This document shows positions 1 to 12,495 of a stretch of DNA of 64,000 bases, piece after piece. The position numbers and the translations under genes are program-made. The notes below the pieces were generated by a model. It ran no database searches, was not told the origin of the DNA, and saw only the letters and a program-made list of their open reading frames with translations. Source of the stretch: Lama glama (Eukaryota); assembly GCA_028534125.1 (NCBI GenBank), contig CM052832.1:12402001-12466000 (forward strand), given 5' to 3'. Positions within the stretch are counted from its first letter, which is position 1. Each line of letters begins with the position of its first letter.

Positions 1-469
1 TTAATCCTTCCTCAATTCAGTGTTTGGCTAGCTCATCTATGAAAGCCCTTTCTACCTTTATAGATTTGTTGAAAGGTATTACCAACCACTTTTTCCCCTA
101 GTAAATTAAAAGCTGAGAAATTAAAAAAGGATAGTATATTCTAGTTGGAAATCTGATTCTATTTATTTGCAAAGGATATGCAGGTTCTCTGTCTTTAAAG
201 CTAAGCCCCCACCCACAACACATATATTTGACTCCTAAGTTTACAAGAGAAAAAACAAAAGCCAAAAACTCAATGTTGATTAGCAGCAGAACTATACTAG
301 AATCCTGATCTCTTAAATTCCATCTAAGGCTATTTGTAGCAGGTTGTACTGTGCTCTGTAAGATCAAAAGAATGGTAATCCTCAAGTCAAATGTCCTGAA
401 TTAGTAAAGATTATACATTTCACCTACCTGCTCTTAGATAAATTCTGACCAAATGGCAGAGGAACAGAA

Positions 470-620
470 AACCACACTGGCTTAAGGGTTTGGAGCACAG
501 ATAAATTTAGGTCTGAATCTCAGCCTTAATATCTAGTCACATTAGAATTCTATGGGCTTATTTCCTCATGAAGGGGAAGGGGATGGAGCAGGAGTGAATG
601 TGGTAAGGATTCAGAGAACT
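470..620 (+). mobile_element. MIR SINE fragment
   Basis: Degenerate MIR-like segments 'ggcttaagggtttggagcacaga...ggtctgaatctcagcc' and 'gtggtaaggattcagag'. Confidence 0.5.
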
Positions 621-925
621 TTATAACTCGAACACAGCAAATTCTTAATAAATGGTAGCTGTTGTTAGTAAAAGAGCTACAAAATAAAGAGTTGACTTAT
701 TTCTGTTGCAGAGATTAGGTAGAAATAATTGCATGTATAAATAGCATCTCCAGGAAGATGCAGAAACGGTACCAAACAATTGCAATGACACTAAAATGAT
801 GATCAAGCTTTCTGTTGGTGAAATAAAAGCCATTTTCTTTCTTTTTTAAAACCTTTTTGCCTACTTTGAACAAAGGGAAAAACAAAGCAGATGTTGATTT
901 TAGAAAAGCAGACTACGATTTATAG

Positions 926-1094
926 CTGAGCTTCTCAAACTTTAATGTGCATTCAAATACCTTGAGGGTCTTATTAAAATGAAGATTCTGGTTTGTATTT
1001 GGTGGATTCGGGGCAGGGTCCGAAATTCTGCACTTCTATCAAGCTGTAAGGTGATGACAATGCTGCTGGTCTGGAGATCGTACTTTGAATATCA
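926..1094. mobile_element. MER5-family hAT-Charlie MITE
   Basis: 'cttctcaaactttaatgtgcattcaaatacct...cttattaaaatgaagattctg...gctgctggtctggagatcgtactttgaa' resembles the MER5A/B consensus. Confidence 0.8.
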
Positions 1095-2929
1095 TGAGTT
1101 TATATATAGGATACCACATTCAAACAACAACAAAAACCTAACTTTGGTTCCAATGCCGGATATTTGATTTCCAAATCACAGGATTAGAACCATGCTGATA
1201 CCATCCTAAGTCTGCTATGCTACACAGACTTACATTTAAGTGTTGATGGTTTCTTAAATACTCATCTAAGCCAGTTCTTCTCTTCCAGGGCACACAATGC
1301 TTCAAAATGGTGCTGGTGTCACTCTCCCTGCCTCACACTGAGGGTCTCAGAAAACAGACGCGCTTGCGATTGAATGAGGAAGCAGGGACTGTCTAGGGCG
1401 GCACTTCTGAGTCAGGGATTCTAAGGTTTTAACAGCAGCCCAACTCAATTTTAGCTTTAATAATTAATGCAATGGGTAAGAGTTAAGGTATTACCTCTAC
1501 CACCACTAATTTTCCACCCTTTCACCTTCAGACATCTGCCCCAAGAGGAGAGATCATGGTACCACAACTTACTCAGAGAAAAGAGAAGAAAACTATTCCT
1601 ACACCAACAGGAGGACAGAAGTGAGAACTTTTAATGTTATATAAGGAAGGTAGTTTTTTCTAACCCCTCTTCCTTTCCGATTCCACCCTACTCTCTCTAG
1701 TCGATGAAAAGTTCTAGTCCTTGGGGGTGTAACTGAAACTTAAAGCTTCCTTGGTATAACCAAGGGAGAAAGAGCTTTGGAATCACTAATTTATATAAAC
1801 AAGATAAGCATTTAGCTATGAAAAGCCTGGTCCATCCTTCTTCCCTGCCACCTCTCTCACCTCCACCTTTCAAAAAAAGGGCACAATAGGCAGACTTAAT
1901 GTTCACTGGCTTTCACACACACACAAAAATCATTAACCTTCTCCACATTACTTATCACTGCAGCTATTGTAATGTTCGCTCTAATCTAACAGATTTTCAT
2001 TTCAAAACCAATTGTAAAGCTCAGTAGCGTGCTATACACAACTTTAATGAGAGCTTCTTACCGAAGACTCCTCCAATATGTGCTTATTCAGAATTGCTGA
2101 ATTTTACTGGTGGAGGTTGTTGAATGAAGCAAGGGAAAGGTTAACCAAGGCAGAGTTTAAAAACTGAAACTCAATTCCTTCTTTATCCTTCTATTCATGT
2201 AAGTATAAACTAATAAGTTGGACCCAACTGATGACAGGATTTACGTTTACCTTCTGTGATACCTAAGCCAGTTCTATTTAACTCCTTTATGGACCCTTTG
2301 CATTGCATCCTGTGGCTCCCTACAATTAATGCAGAGCAAGGGAGCAGCCCTGTAAACCTGCTGACAGCTATTTAATGGGAGAGGTGGAAAGTAGTGGACG
2401 TATCCTGGCAGCGTGCTTAATGGATACACAAACACCACAGTCATCAGCCTGAAGTGATTCTGGCAGAAAATTAACTTAGAGATACAAAACTCATTTGGTG
2501 AGAAGACCCACAGCAAGCTGGACAACATTGGACTATGTAATGGGGAAAGGGGCAAAATAAGAAGATGTGTTTTCTAAACTCCTCTTTAAGGAAGAAGCAA
2601 TACAAAAAAAATTTTTTCACACGCCACTGTATGGCTTTTTGCTTTAACATACAAGCCTACAGCTGCCTCCTCTTTGGAAAGCAAATACTACTATTTAACT
2701 ATAAATGATGCAATGGACAGAGTATGTCACAGATTTGTTGGTTAATACTGAAGTGCCGCTAAAGCACAGTATTTTATGAGATAAAATGGAACATGCTTTT
2801 ACCATCAACTGAATTCTTTTTTAATTTGCCCCGCATCACTGTGACATTCAGATTACAGGAAGGAAGAAAACTAGCATGTGCTGGATTATAAGTTGTGATG
2901 CTCTGCTCCAAGAATATAACTAATATATA

Positions 2930-3095
2930 CATTATCTTCCAATTTTCATATCTACCCTGCAGGTTAAGTACAATTATCCTTAACTTGCATATAAGAAAAC
3001 AGTCTTACATTCATTAATCTTCCCACCTCACAAAGCAGTGAAATAATGGAACTATGATTTGACTATTAGTTTGCCTGGATCTACAGCCTATGCCA
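2930..3095 (-). mobile_element. MIR SINE fragment
   Basis: Reverse MIR core-like 'ctaccctgcaggttaagtacaattatccttaacttgcatataagaaaac'. Confidence 0.5.
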
Positions 3096-3189
3096 TACAG
3101 GCCACCCTATAATTGAACAGCAAAGGCTATTATTATGAGCAAACCAAAAATGGTGTTTTGATATTAATGTTTGAGGTTTTTTTTGACAA

Positions 3190-4320
3190 AAATAAGCCTA
3201 CTTAAACATAAAAAGGCCAAAAAAGTACTGAAAGAAAACAGGGATTTTTCTTTTTAATTTCGGAGAAGGGAGAGACTTTCAGTCTGACACATAACCCAGA
3301 AGCCACAAAAATAAAAACTGATAAATCTGACTGCATAAAAATTGAAACTTTCTGCACTTCAACACATGCCATAAGTGGTCAAAATGATAAATGAGGAAAA
3401 TATTTGTAACACATAGTACAGAAAAGGACTCATTTCCTTAATAAGGAAGGGTTCACACAAATAAAAAGGAAAACGATGAAAAGCTTAATAGAAAAATGGA
3501 CAAAGGACACAAAAACACACTATTCACAGAAAAGAAATCTGAATCACTATGCAGATGGAAAAATGTTCAACCTCAGGATATATGAATTAAAACAAAATAA
3601 AGAATTTTTTAATCTGTTAAGATTGGCAACAATCAAAAAGTTAGTTCTCTACTGCCAAAAGAGTGGACTAAATCACAGCGATAAAATGTGACAATGAATA
3701 TATGTAGGTTCATGTATAACTGAAAAATTGTGCTCTACACTGGAATCTGACACAACATTGTAAAATGACTGTAACTCAATAAAAAATGTTTTTTTTAAAA
3801 AAAAAGAGTGGACTAAATGATACTCTCAAATAATGCTAGTGGAAGTATATATTGTTGCAACCTCTCTGGAGAGCATGTTTAGCAATGTCAAAATTAAAAG
3901 TGCATAGACCTCTGACCAATTAATTCTACTTCTAGTAGTTCACCTTACAAGAAATAATCTCACTTGTGCCCAGTGTACACAGGTAAAAATGCAACACTGG
4001 TTTAGTAAAAGAGGGGTGAGGTCTAAATATCCAACAACAGAGAACTGGTTAAATGAATTATAGTATAATGTAAAACTATGCAGCCATAAAAAGTGGGTCA
4101 ACTTGAACTCTATTTGTACTGATGTAAAATGACCTCCAGAATATAATGAGTGGAAAGAAAAAGATACTACAGATGTGTGAATAAGAAAGCCAAAATGATT
4201 ATACACAAAGGGAGGCAGACTGTGTGGACAGGGGTCAACGGCAGATTTACTTTTTGTGATGTACTCCCTTGTACCTTTTAAAAAATGTTTGCAGAATACA
4301 TGCACATTTTGTTTAAAAAT
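3190..4320 (+). mobile_element. Old L1M (L1ME-like) ORF2 3' end and 3'UTR, interrupted by a young L1 fragment
   Basis: L1-like 'aaaaactgataaatctgactgcataaaaattgaaactttctgc', 'gaaaaatggacaaaggaca', 'caacctctctggagagca', 'aaactatgcagccataaaaa'. Confidence 0.8.
3674..3801 (+). mobile_element. Young, severely 5'-truncated camelid-type L1 3' end with a 17-bp TSD
   Basis: Near-identical to the L1 end at about 43844-43971. AATAAA plus A tail. Flanked by AAAAGAGTGGACTAAAT at 3657-3673 and 3802-3818. Confidence 0.9.
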
Positions 4321-4444
4321 ACATTAGAGTTTATATTTTTTAATTTAAAATATATACTTTGAAAAGACATTAAAAAAAGAAAAACACATGATATCGTTTA
4401 ATTGTAACCATTTATGATATGCTATATTGGTATAGTATTCTACT

Positions 4445-4870
4445 TCCAGCTTTATGGAGATAGAATTGACATACAATATTGTGTAAGCTCAAGGTGTACA
4501 ATGTGTTGGTTTGATTACTGTAAAATGATTACCACCATACCATTACTTAACATCTCCCTCTTGTCACATAATTACTATTTCTATTGTGTGGTGAGAATTT
4601 TTAAGATCCTCTTTCTTAGCAGCATTTAAGTATATAATACAGTATTATTAGCTATAATCACCTTGCTCTCCATCAGATTTCCCAGAACTTTTTAATCTTA
4701 TAACTGGAAGTTTGTACCGTTTGACAAATATCTTCCCATTTCCCTCGCTCCACAGCCCTTGGTAACCACCACTCTCTCCATTTCTCTGGGTTTGATATTT
4801 TTGAGATTCCACATACAAGTGATATCATATACTATTTGTCTGTTTCTGTTTAACTTATTTCACTTAGCAA
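4445..4870 (-). mobile_element. L1MA (L1MA9-like) 3' end
   Basis: 'ccagctttatggagatagaattgacatacaa...aagatcctctttcttagca...cttataactggaagtttgtacc...gattccacatacaagtga'. Confidence 0.85.
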
Positions 4871-6894
4871 GATACAATATTTTAATGTTCTTTGTATTTT
4901 ATTTCAAAATGCAAAGAACTAGAATGTTTTCTTCATTTAATCATGAGAAGATACTGTAATATAAAGCACTATGTAATGTAAGTGGATCCCTTTTATAATA
5001 AAGATACAGATGACAAGGCTAAGAACCACCTTACAGACTGTTACACTATGTTTTAATTATTTAGGAGACAGGTTACAAGTGACATACCTAACCCATCTTA
5101 TTTTGAAAGCCATATAAAAACATGCTAAATTCATAATCTATTGGGATAACTGGCTCTTCAGCTGTGATAGTCCACCAAGGACTGCAAAAGGGAGCTGACC
5201 CTAAAAGGCTGTGAAAGTTGGGAAAGTGGGAGGGGGGATAAATAGTAGCAATTAGTTTTCCAGGAAATTACAAGTAGCACAGTTCTGAGAATAAATGGAT
5301 AGAGACTTGGGCAGACAGGATGAAACCCAAAACCAGAGATCCAAGAATGCTGACATGAATGTTATTTTCTGTTGTTTACGAAAATATACTTATTTAACAG
5401 CTATGTCCATAAAAGAAACAGCACAGATTGGGGGGGGGAGCAGATAAAGCCCATATCTTTGGCTAGGAAAGTAAAAGATAAAGGAAGTTCCTCAGAAGAT
5501 AAAAATGTTTATCTAGAAAGGTATGATTCTTTTTTATAATGAAAGAAGGGGTATCCCTCTTCAGTGAGACACAAACACCATGTCCTCCCCACCTCAACTT
5601 TTCAAGTATTAAATAATAGAAATTCTAAAATGTATATTTACAGTGAGAGCCATCATTTACTTTGCAGTTTAGTATTCACAAAACGAAAAGACAAGCTTTG
5701 CTAAAGTGCCTTCAGAAAAAAATATGAACAGTGGTTCAGTGGAACTAAGCAGATCAAGCTTTCAGACTTTATTTTAAAAACACTGAACTACCTCAGGAAT
5801 GCATGGCTCACTGGGCACACTAATAACTAGCTTCAAATACCAGTTGAAGTCGTTGTGGAATGCAAAGGCAGTGCTTCTAACTGAATGCCAAAGAGTCCCT
5901 GCCCAGATCTCCCACAGTAGTTCTTCCCCCTGTGCTTTTACCCTAAAGCTTCCTGACTCTGCTGCGTTGGCATTCTAGAAGTGATCAATCCACCGCGAGA
6001 AGCTCGATGAGGAGGTTGATCCATTTCTCCATATGGCTGGACTGAGAAAAAAACCATTCCCTCACTCTCCTTGGCTTTGGGCACCTGCTACACACCCACA
6101 ACTCTAATATGCCTATAATCCTTTTACTAGGGGGTTGTTTAAAATGAAATCTTCTCAGATATCTCAATACTTCCACCCACTTCTCAATTTGAAGTTTGAC
6201 CAGAAGGCAAGCAACGCCAAGCTAGGGAAATTCAAGACATTAAAAACAAACAAACAAAACTGTTCTCTCTTTTACACACAGTGAGAATAACTGACCCCTT
6301 GACTGGATATCTGGGTTCAGTTTATGCATACAATGTTTCCAGAAGTCCCTAAAGCCAATTCTCAAAAGACAGTTAAAAATATATTGACATTAATCTTATA
6401 TTAAAAATCAAGGGGAAAAAATCACCAAAAATATTACCTTTACACAAAGAAATTTTTTCAGTCCATGAAATGACATTTAATCCGTTGTACTTGTTTTAAT
6501 ATATCCATAGCCGTTTTTATTTGTAATTTTCGCTAGACAAATCCATTAAGGACAGAAATTTCAGCTGCTGAAAAACTACAAGTAACTGACCTACTTTTAA
6601 GGAGTTTTTTCTTTTAAAAAGTGAGGTTACACAAGAGGAAAGCACGATAACAACGTTAACCTCAATGATCTTTCATAATTAAGTTTATAGGTAGAACTCA
6701 GTACAGAAATACAACTAATGTGGTCTCTAGGTTTTGGCATGGATTTTGTATTTAGAAATGTTTGATCACAACAGTCATACAGAAAACAAGCAATACTGTG
6801 TATGCAGCATATTGTCCCCAGTCACCATGAATCTCTACTGAAGAAGGGCTCCTTGAAATTAGAATGTTTTAATCTAAGTGGTTAAACGCTAAAT

Positions 6895-7098
6895 GTAGCA
6901 ATCACAAGTTGAGTGCTTACTCTCTGTCACAAACTTTTTTTTTCTTTTTTAAATCTCACAACCTACCCCTAGGAGGTGAGTCTGATTGCTACTTCACATA
7001 TGAGCATACTAAAACCCAAAGTCAGACAGCTGACTGGATAAACTGAGATTCGAACCCAGATACGTTTCACTGCAATACCTAAACTCTGAATCCCTGCC
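6895..7098 (-). mobile_element. MIR SINE
   Basis: 'gagtgcttactc...aatctcacaacctacccctaggagg...gagattcgaacccaga' matches the reverse MIR consensus. Confidence 0.75.
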
Positions 7099-7289
7099 TT
7101 TAAGTCTCAGGGGTACGTGCAAGAGAGGGGTCTGCTGTTCTCCATTACTACTGATGACTGAATTTGTGGCACCTTATAAACACACTACTCTGCATATCTC
7201 TAATGCTTTATAAACATACAGAAAGTTACCGAAAACAACATTAAGTGCTATCTAGCTTTGTCTAATCTAACATTTCACTGTATTTGCTT

Positions 7290-7950
7290 CAGAGGGTTTA
7301 AAAAGAAAGAACACACTGCAGGTCAAGTTGAAGGCCTGTGTGTACTCCTTCCCCGTTCTCATTTCCTTCTCTCTTTTCCAGAGGTAACCACTATTCTAAA
7401 TTTGGTTCAGGATTTGCTTTCCAAGAAATGTTTTTATACTATTTTTACAAACATCCATTAGTAAGTATGATGTTTGTATGTTTTTAAACTTTATATAATG
7501 GTATCACACATATACATCATTCAGAAACTTGCTTTTCTACTTAGTTATGTTCTTGAGACCCATTCCATGCTGACAGCTGCACAGTGTTCCAGTGCATGAA
7601 CACACCACAACTAATTTATTCATCTGTTGCTGGACAGTTAATTTATTCCTAATTTTTCTGCTAAGTCTCCTTTGCACAAGCATTACAGTGTTTCCAGGGT
7701 ATGGACTTAGAAGTGGAATTGCCAGGCCAAAGGGAATGCTGTCTACCAGATATTGTCAAATCGCTTATGAAAGTGGTATTCAATTCATACTCCTACCAAT
7801 AGCAGGATCCACAGTTTGCCAACACTTGGTATTGCCAGACATTTAAATTGTTGCCAATGTGATAGGTGTTAAATTATCTTCTTTCTGCTTTAATTTGTAC
7901 CTCCTGATTAGTAACAAGACTGAACATGTTTGCAATAATTACTAGCCACA
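7290..7950 (-). mobile_element. L1ME-like fragment
   Basis: 'ccagaggtaaccactattctaaatttgg', 'agaagtggaattgcc', 'ttgccaacacttggtattgccagac'. Confidence 0.75.
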
Positions 7951-9030
7951 ATTTCAAAAAGAAACAACAGCACAGTCAACTAATTAAGCATCAAGGGCAC
8001 AGATGTAATATAAAATGGACATAATATAAAAGTAAAAATTCAACACTGAATTCTAGATAATAAGAGAAACAGTAAAATGCACACTCCTTTCCCCTGAGGA
8101 TTTAAATAAAGCGTAAGTTTTCATCTGTCAGTCTTGTACTGATAAAAAGCAGAAGACTAAGTTATATGATCAAAGGTATTTTCCAACTAAAAATGTAATT
8201 TAAAAATAGCCAAACCCTTCTAAAAGAAAATCGCTAACTCCATGTATGAACAAATGAATGGATGAACGAATGTATGAGTCAACAACACAGCAACAAGTTA
8301 ACTGCTTTGCATTTAGAAAACCTCAATAATTATTTTCTGAATTTGCAGAATTGTACCTGCATCACCTTTAGGCACCCTTAGAGAAAACATTTTGTGCCTA
8401 TGAAGCAGAAAAAAGAGGCAGAGAAGGGGGTTGATGCTTAACTAGATACATCCACATCTTCATATTCTAGAGGGAGAGAAGGGGGGGAGCCTTTTCTCTT
8501 TACAAAACAGCCCTAGGAGGAAGAAAATTCCAGATAAATGACAATATAAATAAAAAGAAATGACTGAACCCAAGATACACTCTGCCCACCTCAGTGTTTT
8601 TAAAAATTAAAAACAAAAATCTCTCAATATTTTACCAATCAGAGATACAAGTTAACAAACTTTTTTAAACACTTTATAAACTTTTACAAAAAAGGTACCA
8701 GACTAATAACAAGGAACTGTCATATATCCTTTACAGGATTCACCAATTGTTTACATTTTGCCTGATTTGCTTCATCATTCATTTTCTCCCTCTGAATATT
8801 TTTTGGAACTATTTGAGAATAAATTGGAAAAATATACAAAATACAAATAAAGAACAAAAATACCTCTTTTAACAGTATGTATCTGGATATTAAGCCTTTT
8901 AGTTATTTATAGGTCTTAAGCCATCAAAATACCTTGCACCTGACTCAGGAAAGATACTTTCCTATAAAAAGCAAAGTTTTAAATGGCATGAGTTTAATTT
9001 TAGTACCTATGCATTATAGGTTAAATAGGG

Positions 9031-9207
9031 CAGTGATCCATAAATTCTGCTTTAGATTAGAATCATGCGGGGACTTTTTATAAAATACTGATGCCTGCTC
9101 CTATCCCAAAGACTTTTATTTAATTGGTATGGGGTACGACCTAGGTACCAGGGGTTTTTAAAACTCCCTCGAGTTTTAAAATGTGCACCAAAGTTTTGAA
9201 ATCAGCT
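9031..9207. mobile_element. MER5-family MITE
   Basis: 'cagtgatccataaattc...ttagaatcatgcggggacttttta...aaaactccc...ccaaagttttgaaatca'. Confidence 0.7.
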
Positions 9208-9329
9208 TTGGGACTAGACACCTACACACCATTTGAAATACTGGTTCTAGGAAAATATATTACAGTTCCAAGCAAATGATGAAAATGAACAGGGAAAATA
9301 GAAACAAATTTCAAACTGAGGCAGGCAGA

Positions 9330-9690
9330 AGCTCTCAACATATGGTTTTAGGCAAATACTTAAAATTGTGAACTTTCTATGAGCTGTTCTGGAGCTGTAG
9401 GACATAAAAAAAGGCACAGCAAAGTCAGGAAATAGGCAACACACACAATAACCATAGCAGAAGGCAATAAATACTATATTAAAAATATTTTAAGACTAAT
9501 AGGTGAACACAAACATATTTACTTTGAAGGTGCACAGGCATGGCGAGTGGTCCAGAAAGAAAGTGACATTTGAGATGATCATTAAAGGATGAAGAGGACT
9601 TTACTGGGCAAAATTCAAGTAGAAGTGAAAGAACATTCTAGGAAACAGTGTCAGCAAGAACTCTGCACCACAGAAATGTTACAGAATGAT
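9330..9690 (-). mobile_element. L2 LINE fragment
   Basis: 'gaaagtgacatttgagatgatcattaaaggatgaagagga...gaacattctaggaaacag' is typical of reverse L2. Confidence 0.6.
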
Positions 9691-10124
9691 CAGTGTTCCA
9701 TTAAAACACCAAACAAGGCTGAGTGAAACACAGGCCACAGTGGATACATCTTACACAAAGGAATCAATGCAACTCAAATATGTATTTTAAGGATTAGGGA
9801 TGATGTATTTACCAGTGTCTGGTACATAGATGTGATCGGTAAGGGGCACTTTCTCGCCCCTGAGTCTCCCTTTTTATTTATCTAGCTTAAAACACAAAAA
9901 GTTAACTGAATAAAATTCAGAAAATACAGAAAGTATAATTATGAAAAGAAAGGTATCCATTATCATACTACCCAGATAACCAATGTTGATATTTTAAGTA
10001 ACCCCTTACTAAAGCTGTTCATCAATCCAGATATTTCACTCTGCAATATGAGGAATTCTATATAAACAACCAGCCCCTCAGCCACTATCCTTTCCGATGT
10101 GCACTAAAAGAGAATCAGTTAAAC

Positions 10125-10159
10125 TGCAATATGGCCATAGCAGCCACTAGAGGGTGGCC
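10125..10159 (+). promoter_or_regulatory. Predicted CTCF binding site (core plus upstream motif)
   Basis: Core CAGCCACTAGAGGGTGGCC (10141-10159) resembles TGGCCACCAGGGGGCGCTA. TGCAATATG (10125-10133) lies at about the canonical upstream-motif spacing. Confidence 0.65.
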
Positions 10160-10959
10160 AAGTCTGATGTATCCCTCACCCTCCCCTACTTTTCTCAAAG
10201 GCCCTTAATTCATATTCAACTGAAGATTTTTAGACCCTATCACCTCATAACATAAAAATTAAAAAGTAGTTCAAACAGAAAGGAGAGACTCCCTCAGGGC
10301 AATGAAGTGTTAACAGTTAGGATATCAAATTTGGCTGTTCAGATATTTTATGAAATGTTTCCCCTACTTCTTGGGAACAAGATACAATTTCTCCAATCGA
10401 GATGAGGATATCCGCATTACACAGCACTCAGCAGCACTCCACTACTGCCTCCCTCCCACCCCACACTTAAAATGTTGTCAAGTATATTAGGCTAAAAATC
10501 TCAATTCTGAATACTTCTACAGAATTTGCCTCAAAGTGCTATAACTATCCCAACTATCAAATGTCAAAACTTGAATATATCCTTTTTTATTGTAATCTTT
10601 CATACTAGTTTCACAAAAAATTAAATGATTTATGAAATATACCTGTGTATCCTTTAGTTAACTGAGAAAATTGTTAAAACTATTTTGAAGATTTACATAA
10701 GGTTTTATTTCCCCAGAATCCTAAGTGATAAGGTATAACTGCAGTATTTGATCATATTTTAAATATAACAGATTTCTAGGCAACCAGAAAACCAATTAAT
10801 ATAAAACAATTGTGCTGATTATGGAGAATCAAATTACATTTTGAGAACATAAAGATTAGAAAGCAAAATGGTAACAAATTTGAAGAAAAAAAAAAACTTC
10901 CTATGTGATGCTTTTAACAAGTGCCACAAAGTACACATCCACACCCATTAGAAATAAAC

Positions 10960-11715
10960 TTTAAGGAAATGCGAATTAAAATCATAATGAGATACTACCA
11001 AACACTCAATGGCTAAAATTTGAGAAGATTGACAAAATCAAGTGTTGACAAGAATGTGGAGCAACTGGAACTCTACCATGCTACTGATGGGAATATAAAG
11101 TGGTATAGCCACCTTGGAAGACAGTTCAGCAGTTTCTTATACAATTGAGCATACACTTGCTATACTTTATCAGACACACAATCCAGAAATGCCACTCTTG
11201 TGTATTTATGCAAAAAATGTATATATAAGCATATGTCAATATAAAGACCTATAATCAAATGTATATAGCAGCTTAATTCATGATAGCCCAAAAGCGAAAG
11301 TAACCCACATGTCAACTCAACAAATTGTGGTAAATTTATACAACAAAAAGCAATAAAAAGGAACAAGCTACTGAAACATGCAACAACATAAATGTGTTCC
11401 AAAGATATTACGCTATGTGAAAGAAGCCAGACACAAAAGACTAAATACTGTACACTTCCAGTGATAAAAATTTTTAGAAAAAGCAAAATGATAGTTATAG
11501 AAAGCAGATCTGTGACAGGAACCATGAACAAAGGAAGAGGATTACTACAAAGAGGATTGAGGAAACTTTCTGGGGTGATGGAAATGCTATATATATCATG
11601 ATCATGTTTGGTGGTTACACTACTGTATACACAAGTGAAGACCCATCAAATAATACTCAAACATCAGTGAATTTTATTTCAAATAAATCACATCTCAAAA
11701 AAAGCTGATTTAAGA
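10960..11715 (+). mobile_element. L1M (L1MB/ME-like) ORF2 end and 3'UTR
   Basis: 'aagtgttgacaagaatgtggagcaactggaactc', 'gtgaaagaagccagacacaaaaga', 'actttctggggtgatggaaatg'. Confidence 0.85.
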
Positions 11716-12329
11716 TTTCATAAAAAACCTACATAATAAACTGATTCTAATACTTAATAGATCAAGACTTAATAAATTAATCAGAAGAATTTTTTAAAAG
11801 ATGGTCAAAATGAAAGTACACATATAGGGAAATCATTTTAATCCTCTGGATCTTTAATGGTCTATAACATATATTTACAGGTTCCTACATGTAAAGATTT
11901 ACAAATGCAAAATGTGTATGGGCAGAGGTGGTAATTATTTTACCATTCACAACATGGAGAAGAATTCAGTCATTGTTGCTTACCACATTAAGTCTAGAAC
12001 ATGTCCCCTTACCACTGTTCTCATATGGCCATCACTACAAACCAGCCACAGAACCCTCAGTAACAAGCCCAGCTTTCCTCAAAACTGTGACCCTAACCCT
12101 TAACAAAATACAAATGAGGTAATCCATTCATCTAGGGTCTTCACTGAAACTGGGCAGAGCAGTACAGCATGGAAGCAACAAAATGACCTGTCTCCTATAC
12201 CCCATCACAGTGCCTAAAACCTCCACTAGAATCACTTTTTTGAGTTAAATTGTGTTCAGGAGGTCTGCAACTACTACACAAAATATGTGGTTAAGGCCCC
12301 ATGTTAAATGATGATCTAATCAATATAGC

Positions 12330-12495
12330 TTCTGGATACAGAATTTCTTTGGAGGGAGATGAAAATACTCTAAAATTAGACTGTGGTGATGTGCACAACT
12401 TGTAAATATACTAAAAACTACTGAACTGTAAACTTTAAATGGGTGAATTTTATGGAATGTGAATTACACCTCAATAAAGCTGTTTTTAAAAAATC
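12330..12495 (+). mobile_element. L1M 3' terminal fragment
   Basis: 'gatgaaaatactctaaaattagactgtggtgatg...gtaaatatactaaaaactactgaactgta...acctcaataaagctgtttt'. Confidence 0.85.
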
